Origin: Lingula anatina
Taxonomy: Eukaryota > Animalia > Brachiopoda
DNA length: 64,000 bases
Assembly: GCA_051362555.1 (NCBI GenBank)
Contig: CM120642.1
Span: 21,390,001-21,454,000 of the forward strand
Direction of reading: 5' to 3'
The translations under genes and the position numbers were made by a program. A model generated the notes under the pieces. The model was not told the DNA's origin. It worked only from the letters and a program-made list of their open reading frames with translations, and did not search any database. Positions 39,560 through 51,600 of this stretch are shown here, piece after piece (the first letter of the stretch is position 1; each line of letters begins with the position of its first letter).

Positions 39560-40339
39560 AAGGCTGGTTTTGTTGTATTTGAAACCAAATGGAAGAGCGC
39601 GGTGGTAAATACATTTACGGTGTGCTGGTTAATTCGCGGATTATGTGGTATAGATGGGTGTTAGAGCTAAAAGATCTGCGGGTAGGGTTAGTTAACGCCT
39701 AGAATCCGTTTATAAGGCCTGGCAGCTCCTGCTTTTAAACAAAGTGATTATTTTTTAACGTCTTTGCTAAATCTACTTTACTCGTTTTGGCCTTTAACTC
39801 TTTTTCATTCCCCTTTTTTAGCTAATCTATCTGCCACTGTGAAGAATATTTTAAGTGAACAATCTTTGTTCATAAGAAAAATGTGCCACAGGCTGCGGTG
39901 TCTGGTTTATGACGCTGTCTCAACCATGATTGTGACGGCCTCCGCAAAAACCACCCAATTGTGTTAGTGAAGCCAACGTTAGCCTGGACTGGGGGAATAA
40001 AGATGTTATTCGAGTAATAATTCATGGATAGTGTTGGAAACCTATTTTAGTTTAAGAGTTAATGTCGTGAATCTAACATATACTATACTAGGCCTAGCCA
40101 ACTACCAGACTGGGCACCGAATGATCCTGAATTCACTGGTAGATCAGACGCCGCTACCCCTGGGCTGGTACCCGCGTCTGGGCTGGTAGTTTAATTTGAT
40201 GCTTGGGAGGGGGGTAACATCTTCAACCTTGCAAAAGTAATATTCTAAGAGTAGGTAGTTGTAGCTGAAGTTTCTTTCGCAAAGGTGATTGAAACATTTT
40301 GGCAGTATTGTTCGTACGTTAGTTATCACAGCCCCATAC

Positions 40340-40631
40340 GAGGCTTCCATTGGGTATTTTCCTTACCCTTGAAAGCCATTATTTACTTCCCAAGATGCGT
40401 GAAACGTTCATTTTATTTAGCGTGAAGCACCCCATTCCTGTGACTCGTACATGGCACTTTTTACTCTCCGTTATTCGTGAAAGAAAGTCATTATACCCGG
40501 TGGTTCAGTGATTTTTGACGCACATTTTCAGTGAAATATGAATAAAGTTTTATAAACTGTGGTTTGTGAATTGATGATTTTATTTCGTGTGAATTGTGAT
40601 CAGCCTCCCCCCTCCTCAGTGGTACCCTCTC
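40340..40631 (+). mobile_element. Sola2-like MITE, intact copy
   Basis: GAG...CTC termini, imperfect TIRs, 4-bp ATAC duplication at 40336-40339 and 40632-40635. Confidence 0.65.
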
Positions 40632-40763
40632 ATACGACAGCTGGGCTGTATCTTCTCAAGGGAGGTGAGAACATTTACACCTAGTCTGAGTCAGTATTAG
40701 TTTTTTATGTACTTTATAAAACACATCTGTTAAGTAAATCCTAGCTGTGAGAGCTCTAGTTAA

Positions 40764-41101
40764 AGGGATAATAACTCTTCGTATGAGATCTATATTTCAC
40801 AATAAAAACATTGTGTATAACTCATACAAATACAATATATTCTGTTTTACCACAAAAATGGCAGTTATAGCTATTATTCTGATATCTAAGCTTGTCTTCA
40901 GACCACGTGACATCCATTGATGGCTATACTCTGTTATAATCTCTTAAGAGATTTTAACAAAAAACCAAACTTTTTAGAAAAAAAAACAGGGACTAACTTT
41001 GAATGTAAAAATGGATTCATTAACCATTGGTAAGTATGGGAAAATTGTTGTTTACTCCAGGAAAATTCATTTTTTAGCCAAAACCAAGAGTTATTATCCC
41101 T
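40764..41101 (+). mobile_element. Kolobok-type MITE, copy 3
   Basis: TTAA|AGGGATAATAACTCTT...AAGAGTTATTATCCCT|TTAA. Confidence 0.9.
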
Positions 41102-43091
41102 TTAACTAAGCTGTACTCACTCTAGGTCCTAATGAACGCTGCCACTAATTTTAACATTCTGTACAAATCGGGTAAACAAAAAACGCATCTTGTCTTCTCT
41201 AACACAATCAGTACAGGTGACTTTTTTTGGGGGGGAGGGGGGGAAACATAGCCAAATAATTTGATATTAAACTAAATGGTTGATAAGATGTTATTATTTT
41301 TGCCAATATGATAGCAGAAATACCTAAATCACCATCCCGGGATTAGGACCCCTTGCGCCATATCAAATAACAAAAACAAGTTTAAATCGAAACTTGCGTT
41401 CAAAAAGCGGGTGACCTGTACATTATTATGTAATACAGGTGAGCATTTCGGTGAGAGGTGTTCAGGTAGGACCAAGGTCAATAGAAGATGGAGAAGACAG
41501 AGGTTCTTGGTACGTTGCTGCAATTTCCACATGTAGGCCAAAAATTTAGCACAGAAAATGACAGGAAGCTGCCGTAGTATTGTATAGATGATATAATATA
41601 ACGTTGTGTATTTTGTGTAGACGACGTTTGTCCAAATGATGCGTTTCGCACAGGGACATTTTAGTCCTTATGACTGTGGGAACATTGCACTTATGTTCAA
41701 TACACTCTTCATTAGAATTTCAAAATCAGCTCAGAGTTTGAATGATTTATTTTCTGTAATTTCAGAGAAGAAACGCACTTGCCAATGAGGAAGTGAGGGG
41801 CTTATTGCAGCTGTCCAAAGGTCTGAACAAGTCCTCAACAAGTAAGACGATTGGGTAGGTATCTACATTCTCCTAGTTCTTTTATTGGCGAGGTCATTGA
41901 CCTGTTTTCAAAAAATCAAACATATATTGTATATGAAAGTAAACTTTAAACAGACAAATGCACGTTCAGTAACAAGATGTTGAATTATTGTGTCATTGCA
42001 TTCCTTGAAACGACGGGACCAGGTTGGGGAGGTGAGGGGTGGGTGGGGGGTGGTCGGGGGTACAGTGTCCGTCCCTTAATTTAAGAGGTATTCCTTCTCT
42101 CTTCCATATTAACAAATCAAAACAAGAACAAGAACAAATGAAAAGCGAAAAAATTGTACATGAAACGAAACTAGACGAAATCCAGCTTATGTATCCTCGC
42201 CCCCTCTGCCTGAAAAAACCTGGCTTGGGCAGTGAAAACGTGCCTAGATAATGTCTTTTTTAGATCCTGTCAATTTTAAACTAATTGGGCGCATCTGCCA
42301 AATGTTTTCATTCACTGACTTTCATTTCCGTGAATATTTCTGTTATCCGGGCACCTGGTCCTTTCATACCGCATCTTACGTATGAATGCAAAGAAGTATG
42401 TTGTCATTAAACAGTGCATAGGGTAGAAAAGAATAGGAATGGCAAAATAGTGTTTGGTTAACATAATCCCTTGTGTTCCAAATAGCATGTTGTAAAGATA
42501 TACACATACTGCTTCATCAAACTGTGTCATGAATGTGATTTCCTTCGTTTATTTCAGTGACTCCCAACTGCTGTTTACCGGGTGATTGGATGCGTCGCCG
42601 ATCAAAGACATCAGATTCATGTTGGACATCGCCTGAGCCCATGCCAAGATTGTCTCGCTTGTTGAAGTTTGTCTTGTAGTTTATTTACAGGGTTGACATT
42701 TGATATGAAATGTAATCTTTACCTTGGATAGTAATCTTCTGCATAAAATGTGTATAAAAAAATTGTTGTACGCAGCAAAAATTTTGAACGAAACTTCTGA
42801 TCAGAGAAAAAGAAAGAAATGGATGGCGTCGACCCTGCATGTCGCTGGTTATATAATATAGATTTGTTTCTAAATCGTAGTACAGTAATTTATCCGCTCA
42901 TATCGTTTCAAGGTATTTTATTTATTATGTATATTTATTATTGTGTCGGAAGGAAGTACCCATCAATTCTCAAACAAAAATACGGCACTTTTTGGAGTTC
43001 ACCTTTAACAAAATAATTTTAATTCAAAAAGTATTTTGCTGAAATGATGGATGAAAACAAAAATGATAGTTATCAAATATTATTATTATTA

Positions 43092-43122
<31 letters not shown>

Positions 43123-44371
43123 GCGATTTTTAGGTAGAGTACTGCGCCAGTACTATTGATTTTCTAGTTGAAGGTAAAAATTGTCTGTGGGCAAATCTAC
43201 AATTAGTCACTTAGCTGTGCATTTGAGGATATTTGAAATATTTATTTTGAATTAAATTGAACTGAATTCTGAGATTCCGATAAGAAAAATATCTCAACTT
43301 CATTACATGAAACTTTTGAGATACAAACGGGTTCATACAGTGACCGTTAAGTTTGAGAAATGAACAAGTTGTTAATTAAAAATAACTTACAAACACTGTT
43401 GTTCAAGTTATAATGCTTTGGACATTACAGCGTTAGGAAAATGATTAAATTTGTCCACGTGATTGCAGAATTGCCCATGTATAAGAAACGATCCTTTTTA
43501 AATTGCGGACATACGTTTGTGACGCATGTTAAGAATGAACTTACTTTGGTTTCGGTGTTTTGATATTGTGTCTGATCAGTGACAGATACACATTTACTGT
43601 GCTGGGAGGGGTCTAAAACAATGTTAACAAAATGAAACCAGGAGAGAAATAGGGATTTTCACGAAATTACTGCGCATTCGTTATCGCAGTAGGGGGAATA
43701 TATGTTACCAACGTGATAAAGATTGCCTCTTCTTGGGGCCACCAAAATTTATCAGCATTGCATGAGCTCATTTGTGTGTTGTTCGACTTTTTGGCAATTT
43801 CGCAAAGCAGAAATGTTAGTGCTATCCTGGAAAAACTTCTTTGTCCATATGCATGAAAATATCTATTATTAATTAATATTTCTTTGGTTGTGATGAGGGG
43901 TGATTGAGAGAAAAAGGTCTGATTGGATGCCAGTCCCGCGCGTCATGTTGGGGTATTTTTGCTAAGTGTTTCGTGGTCACTGAGCACCGGAGACCAGAGT
44001 AAGGGCGTTAGCATTTATGGATTAATGAATTTTAAGTCACCGTTTTTGTTTCTGCGTAATCTTTTCAGTTTTGTTTGTATATTTTTCTTAAATGTCATGA
44101 CTAGAATAAGCTTGGAAATTGACCATGTTTTTATGCTGTTCCTGATTCGCATGTGTGCAAATTTAAGTTTTCGCTCAAAATATTAAGGATGTAATAAATA
44201 ATAAAAATAATGTACAGATATTTGTATGTTGAATTTCCTTTCATTTTTCACCTTCTGTTCCCTTTAACTCTCGTTCTCTAGTTCACAGGTCTTACCTATA
44301 GAGCCTCTTGTATTAGTTTACCTTGATTATTTGAATATTTTTTTGCAAAAGGTAATTTGCTGGGACCCAGC

Positions 44372-44433
44372 AGCGCCAGGTTTCGAACTTGGGACTTTTT
44401 GACTCGGAGGCAAGCGCGTTACCTACTCCTCTA
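44372..44433 (-). pseudogene. tRNA-derived SINE head or tRNA pseudogene
   Basis: Minus strand TAGAGGAGTAGG (A-box-like) and AGTTCGAAACC (B-box) at tRNA spacing; stems are mismatched. Confidence 0.5.
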
Positions 44434-45154
44434 TCTTTTCCCACCCACCCTCCCCGAGAAGACTTTCCTCTTATAGTAACCAAAGGGAAATTTCTGTAAA
44501 GCCCCTTGAAAAGTATTCAATGATTTACAAGTACCCGAACCAAGAAACGAACCCAAACCCGAGGGGTACCATTGAGTCAATGAAATTATTGTAGTAACCT
44601 AAGTAAAATTCTAAACAAATCGTAATACCTTAAAGAAATTTTAGAAACGTAAGACAAGTTTGAAGCCCAACCCCAGGTTGCCGCTGAGAAACGCAACCGT
44701 CAAAGAAATAACTAAGACATTTTGTATATTTGGAAAGTCTTTATTTAGTGCCAAACAACTATGTATTAATTATCTCTAAGTATTTTATTGTAAAACTACC
44801 AAGTTTAAGTACACTTAAATCACTACTTAATCACTTTGAATATCTGTAAGACATGCATGTAAAACAAAGTTATATCTCAAAGGTGTAACATATACAACAA
44901 ATGTATTACATTTCACCAATAAATGGTCAACTTAACTACTCGTTTACGGTTTGGTGTTATCAATATCTACAAGCATTCCTAAAAAAAAATCCGAACAAAT
45001 TTGAGAAATTGACAGTAATTAAAGAGATATAAAGCAGTTCATCAATTATTACACAAAATGTGTGCGTCACTGACTAATAAGATCAATAACTTGTGACTAT
45101 TTCTATATTTACATGATTTATTTGATTTAGTCACCACTCGTTACCTTGCTGGTA

Positions 45155-45370
45155 CTTTCGCCCTAAAAAGTTCGGAAACATCGTTATTTTGAATAATTAT
45201 AAAATAACCATATTTAGTTACAGTAAATATTTTAACCAAATATTGTTGATTAATGAACCCACAATTTGTTAATGTTTATTTACACAGAAAATTTTCCCAA
45301 CACATTACATTTTTTTTTTTTTTGATTATTGAAAAACAATTTCACGTTTCCGAACTTTCTTGGTCGCGTG
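45155..45370. mobile_element. Old Tc1/mariner MITE
   Basis: TA flanks; imperfect TIRs sharing AAAGTTCGGAAAC / GTTTCCGAACTTT. Confidence 0.6.
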
Positions 45371-46507
45371 TATCATAACCAACAATCTCCCAGGGCCGCT
45401 GATTTCATGTGCACTTTTCTCTGACGCATGCAGGACAGAAGTCCCATCGTTTAACTAGAAACATATCTGTGAAAACGTGTATCTAGTGAAGAATCAATCT
45501 GTGGCCCTGGTAGAGGGTAATCAATATTGTAGTATCATTTAACAAAGGCCACGCCAGCAAACTTGAAGGTCTTACGAGAATAGAGCAAGTTGAAAGGCAT
45601 AAGGGGCAGATATCTTTACTGAAATAAACCAAACCTGTATCTGACGACCACGCAGTCTTAAACACGCCATGTTTCTAGTACTCAATGCCTTATTTTAAAG
45701 GTATCAACATGAGGTATCAACAGAACGATTAACATTTGTTTGAAAGAGTATTTTGCGCTATCAGTTCGCCCCCTATGCCTTGAAGGGTTGACATTGTTGG
45801 CCAGTGAACCCACAATTTTTAAAACTCCGTCACACAAAGATCTGTACGTGTAGCTATAATTAAACTTATATATTCAACGGACTGAAATAGTACAACTGGA
45901 CTAGTGAAATCGTTTTTCGAAATGGAAGTCTTATACAGTGTACCTACTGTCTGTTATGCTCTTTTTATTTCGACCTCAAACCGCTTACTACAAATATTTA
46001 CATGTCAGTAAATAGGAATTTAAATGGGAGATTCCACAGCATTTCCCCTTTTTTGTCTGCTTCTTGCAAATATACTCCTGGTACGTCTTCAACTGACGAT
46101 ACTTTTTCTACTAACGAAGTTCGAAATAATTGACATTTCCATAGGACGTGATAAGGTGAAGTAATGGAGGAAGCAAAATGTTGTGGGGGAAACACTGGGG
46201 AATGGCCAAACCATTTTTATGCATGCACGCGTCACAGCACTTCTTATAAAATCAATTATAAATAAAGTGAACATTAAATCCCTAACACTGATACATTGAA
46301 ACGTTATACTGAATAGGTTAAAACACAAATATTCGTATACTTAGTTTCCAGACCGCCTCGCATCCACTCCCTGATCACGTAAGGTGTAACAACTCTTCCC
46401 AGTGAGTAGGTTCAATTTGCCTTATGGGGGAGGGGTAAAGCTTTTCAGTCCAACCCTCACCCTAATCTGACGAACAAAACTTGATTAAAAATTTAATAAA
46501 ATCAAAA

Positions 46508-46510
<3 letters not shown>

Positions 46511-46587
<77 letters not shown>
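46511..46587. repeat. (TA)n microsatellite
   Basis: Pure TA run. Confidence 0.98.
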
Positions 46588-46590
<3 letters not shown>

Positions 46591-46899
46591 CATTTGTGTT
46601 AAATATATTTAAAAAAGAAACCAGAAGAAAACACCCAAAATGAAATATTATTATGTAGGTCAATGGCGATTCTAAATTGGTCCACTGCTTTTATCTGAAC
46701 AGTTTTCGCCATGTTTGACAAACTGGGCAGTACTATAACGCCACCTGGAGGAAAATATGATCGTCTCTGTTGCAATAAGTACCTACCACATTATGATATC
46801 AACACACTACATGTAGCTGTATATGACATCCACGTCTTTGTATGTCCACACATGAATCTACAGTGTATGTGCAGGTGTATGTGAGCAAAAATGTAATAA

Positions 46900-47785
46900 G
46901 GTTGGTTTTTAAACGTTAGACCTACATCCGTGTTTCAGTCTAGAAAGAGCAACTTGATTATGATTGAGGTAAGCTGTTGACTGTGTGTAATTGAAGTGAA
47001 TTTTTGAGAAGTGAAAACTAGACTTAAAAGACTGGCAAATTCCGATGATAAAAACAGTTAAATGTTTTGAATTAAAATAATAATGACATATTAAGTCCAA
47101 TGATTGTGACATTTGTACAACTGAAGCTTAACAACTTTATATAAATCTGAGACAAGCTTATCAGTTGATTGTGATTTTTTTTTTGAGAACATTCAGAAAA
47201 CAGATAATTACATTAAGAAAACGGGTAAATTGCATGGCTTACAATTGTTAAGCATTAATAATTCTGACAAATTTAGTCCATTATTTGTGATATGTACAAT
47301 GCTGCTTAACAACAATAGAAATGTGATAAGCTCATCAGTTACACTGTGTAATTACTGATTAATGTGTAACTGACCGTGTATTTTTTAACAATATATATTT
47401 CAGAAGTGTGCACATTACATTTAAAAAACTGCCAAATTCCCCAGATTAAATTAGTTAAACGTTCTTCACTCTGCGAGATGTACTATCATGTTTGTGAAAC
47501 TTGTACAACTGTAGCTTGGCAACTGAAATAATCTGAGATAAGCTGATCAGTTAACTGTATGTAATGAAAGTAATTTTTAGGACAACATATTTGAGAAAAC
47601 TGATAACTACCTAAAAAAACTGGCAAATTCCATGGATGAAAATAGTTAAAAGTTAATAATTTTGACAAATCTAGTCCAAAGTTTGTGAAATGTATACCAC
47701 TTAAGTTTAACAATAAAAAGGTAAAACCAGTTAACCTGCTATGTGTAATTGAAGTTTTTTCCACAATTCATTTGAGAAAGGTGAA
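46900..47785 (+). repeat. Highly diverged monomers of the ~193-bp satellite
   Basis: Recurrent GATAAGCTCATCAGTT, ACTG(G/C)CAAATTCC and AAATAGTTAAA motifs at ~190-200-bp spacing. Confidence 0.75.
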
Positions 47786-48655
47786 AACAAGAGGGTCAGA
47801 GAGAGGATACTGCCTCTGGGTAATGTACCACCAGCTGGAGCGAATTCTTATAGAAACAAAAATGGAGTCCACCTCCAGTGTTGTGCTTGACAAACTTTTA
47901 CAAAATGCAATAAATAAGAGTTCTCAATTTTTTGAAGAATATTTCCATTTATAACAAAACTGTGGGGAGAAGTTAAAGTTTAAATCCAAGGTTGCAGAAA
48001 GAATGAGAATAAAGGAAAGTAGGTCAAAGGTCAATTTCAAGATCACAGATTACCAGTATATGACTTCCTCTTCAAGATCAATATTAAATATGGGCGTACC
48101 TCTGCCAGTTTTGGAGATATAAAGGATGGAAAAGTTGCAAAGTTCAGTTCATGGTGAAAAGTAGCTCAAAGGTCAATTTCAAGGTCACATATTAATGCCA
48201 GTATATGACTTCCTGTTCAAGTTCAATAGTAACTTTGGGCGTATCTCTGGCAGTTTTGGTGATATAAGGGACAAAAAATGTTGCAAAGTTCAGTTCATGG
48301 TTGGTTAAAAGTAGATCAAAGGTCAATTTCAAGGTGACAGTTAGAATGACAGTATATGACTTCCTATTGAAGTCTTAAAGTAACTATGGGTATATCTCTG
48401 CTAATTTTGGAGTTATTTCACATTTTATTTTCACAAATGAATATTGCGAGGTTGTACTTTCTGATATGGAGCAACTTGTATACCATATGGAAAACAAAAA
48501 AACAAAAAAAAAACAGACACCTTAGTGTTGTGCTTGACAAGCTTTATTAAATGCTCATGGATCAAGTTGAGATTATATCTGACCTACATACAAGAGATGG
48601 ATACATGGGCTCTTACAGTTTAAGAGGAGAAGCAGTAACAGTGACGTGGTGGCAG
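47786..48655 (-). mobile_element. Old diverged HINE-B copy
   Basis: Begins with the reverse complement of the HINE-B 3' end (AACAAGAGGGTCAGAGAGAGG...TGTACCACCAGCTGGAGC). About 3 inverted 146-bp units; 5' remnants at 48560-48655. Confidence 0.85.
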
Positions 48656-48699
48656 AGCACAATGTGCAATAAGACTTAAAATGTACCAAAATAACCATC

Positions 48700-51600
48700 A
48701 TGAATATAATTAAATATTAACAATTTTGTCAATTATATTTCATCCTTTTTAATTTTGAAAAAATGACATTTAACAACTGCAGATATCTGTGATAAGCTTA
48801 TCAGTTGACTGTGTGTAACAGAAGTGTAGCTTATTGGCAATTTGTATGAGAAGAGTGAGAATTATTGAAAACAAATATTTTAATACGCCAATATATACTA
48901 TATATCATTCAATATATCATTCAGTCTCCAAAGAAACATCAAATGTGATAATTTGTTTGCTTGTGTAGAGGTAACAAATTGTCCAGAAATGTGACCTAGA
49001 AAACAACATATACCAATTCAAGACTTCTTCTTACTACCAATACCAGGTGCAGATTCCTCCTAACAATCAGTTTCTGCATCCGGGTTTAGCACACCATTTG
49101 ACAAAATATATTTGAAAAAAGTGTAAATTAAATATTAAAAAGTGATAACTTTTCCAGATTAAAATAGTTAAACATAAATACTTTTGATAAAGTTAAGCTA
49201 AATAGATGACTGTGTTTAATAAAAAGGATATTTTCAGTCAATATATTTGAGAAGCTGAAAATAACATTGAAAAAACTGCCAAATTCGATAACTTTAAATA
49301 GTTAAATGTTAATAATGTTGGTATATCTAGTCCAATATTTGTGAAATTTATACAAATCATGCTTAACAGCAAAAAAAATCTGTGAAAAGCACATCAGTTG
49401 ACAATGTCAAATGAAAAAAATTTTTTTCAGAACATATATTTTTGAGAAAACTGAAAATGACATTGAAAAGGCTTAATATGGCTTAAAATAGTGAAATGTT
49501 TATAATTTTCACAAATCTTGTCTAATATTTGTGAAATTTGGATAAATGATGCATAACAACAATAAAAATCTGTGATAAGCTCATCAGTTAACTGTGTCTC
49601 ATTAAAAAGATTATTTTAGACAATAAATTGAGAAAACTGAAAATGACATTGAAAAGACTGCCAAATTCCATGATTTAAAATAGTGAAATGTTAATAATTT
49701 TCACAAATCTTGTCTAATATTTGTGAAATTTGGATAAATGACTCATAACAACAATAAAAATCTGTGATAAGCTCATCAATTAAATGTGTTTCATGAAAAA
49801 TAATTTTCAGAGCATATAAATGTGAGAAAACTGAAAATAACAATGAAAAGACTGCCAAATTCCATGGTATAAAATAGTTAAACGTTAATAATTTTCACAA
49901 ATCTTGTCCAAGAAATGAGCAAATTTGGATAGATAATGCATAACAATAACAAAAATCTGTGATAAGCTTAACAGTTGACAGTGTGTAATAGAATTGTAGT
50001 TGTTTGACATTTTGTATGAGAAGAGTGAGAATTATCTAAAACATTTTTTTTTTCAATTTCACAACATCTAATTAGCCTCACATTAAACATCAAATATAAT
50101 GATTTAAGTTTGTTTGTGTAAGAGGTGACAAATTACCCATAATTGTCCTCTGGAAAAGAATATATACCCATTTAAGACATCTCCTTACTACCAATACCAG
50201 ATGCAGATTCCTCCTTACAATCGGTTTCTGGAATCGGGTTAAGCACACCATTTGACAATGTTCTAAAGCTTGCCATATACCATCTATTGTACACATGGAT
50301 GAGACATAGCATTGCTCTTGCTGTTGTCTTTTGCTGCCTGTTCTTTCTATAGGAATTAGCCATGACCAGACAGGAAGAATCAGTTCACCAAAAAAGCCAC
50401 CATGCTGTATGGAAAAGGTCACCTGGAAAAAGAACAATATGTTTGAAAAATGTGAAAATTAAATTCTAAAAATTGACAAATTTCCAACAGTAAAATAGTT
50501 AAACATTTATAATTTTGATAAAGTTAACCTTAACAGTTGTCTGTCTAATAAAAAGGATATTTTTGGAATATATAAAATTGAGAAAAATGAAAATGACATT
50601 GAAAAAACTGCCAAATGCTGTGCCTTAAAATAGTTAAACATTAATAATTTTCACAAATCTTGTCTAATATTTGTGAAATTTGGACAGATGATGCAGAACA
50701 ATAATAAAAATCTGTGATAAGCTTATCAGTTAAATGTGTCTCATGAAAAAGAATTTTAAGAGAAAACTGAAAATGATATTGAAAAGACTGCCAAATTCCA
50801 TGGTTTAAAATAGTTAAACATTAATAATTTTCATAAATTTTGTTCAATATTTGTAAAATTTGGATAGATGTTGCATAACAATTATAAAAATATGTGATAA
50901 GCTCATCAGTTGACTGTGTCTCATGAAAAAGTATTTTTAGAGCATATAAATGTGAGAAACTGAAAATGACATTGAAAAGACTGCCAAATTACATGCCATA
51001 AAATAGTTAAACGTTAATAATTTTCACAAATCTTGTCTAATATTTGTGAAATTTGGATAGATGATGCATAACAACAATAACAATCTGTGATAAGCTCATC
51101 AGTTGACTGTATCTCATGAAAAAGATTTTTTTTTGGACAATAAATTTGAGAAAACTGAAAATAACAATGAAAAGACTGCCAAATTCCATGGTATAAAATA
51201 GTTAAACATTAATAATTTTCACAAATCTTGTCCAAGAAATAAGAAAATTTGGATAGATAATGCAGAACAATAACAAAAATCTGTGATAAGCTTAACAGTT
51301 GACAGTGTGTAATAGAATTGTAGTTGTTTGACATTTTGTATGAGAAGAGTGAGAATTATCTAAAACATTTTTTTTTCAATTTCACAACATCTAATTAGCC
51401 TCACATTAAACATCAAATATTATGATTTGAGTTTGTTTGTGTAAGAGGTGACAAATTACCCATAACTGTCCTCTGGAAAAGAATGTATACCCATTTAAGA
51501 CATCTCCTTACTACCAATACCAGATGCAGATTCCACCTTACAAGCGGTTTCTGGAATAGGGTTTAGCACACCATTTGACAATGTCCTAAAGCTTGCCATA

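Larger units (their letters stand above)
40200..41532 (-). pseudogene. Putative decayed leucine-rich-repeat receptor N-terminus (TLR-like), interrupted by two MITEs
   Basis: ATG at 41532 gives MWKLQQRTKNLCLLHLLLTLVLPEH (signal-peptide-like). LRR-like LELSQLG, DVFYKVHKKLI/LRLGVNVLTSL, IQPSC.MGL and ILPKCFNHLCERNFSYNYL follow, with stops and frameshifts. Confidence 0.5.
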
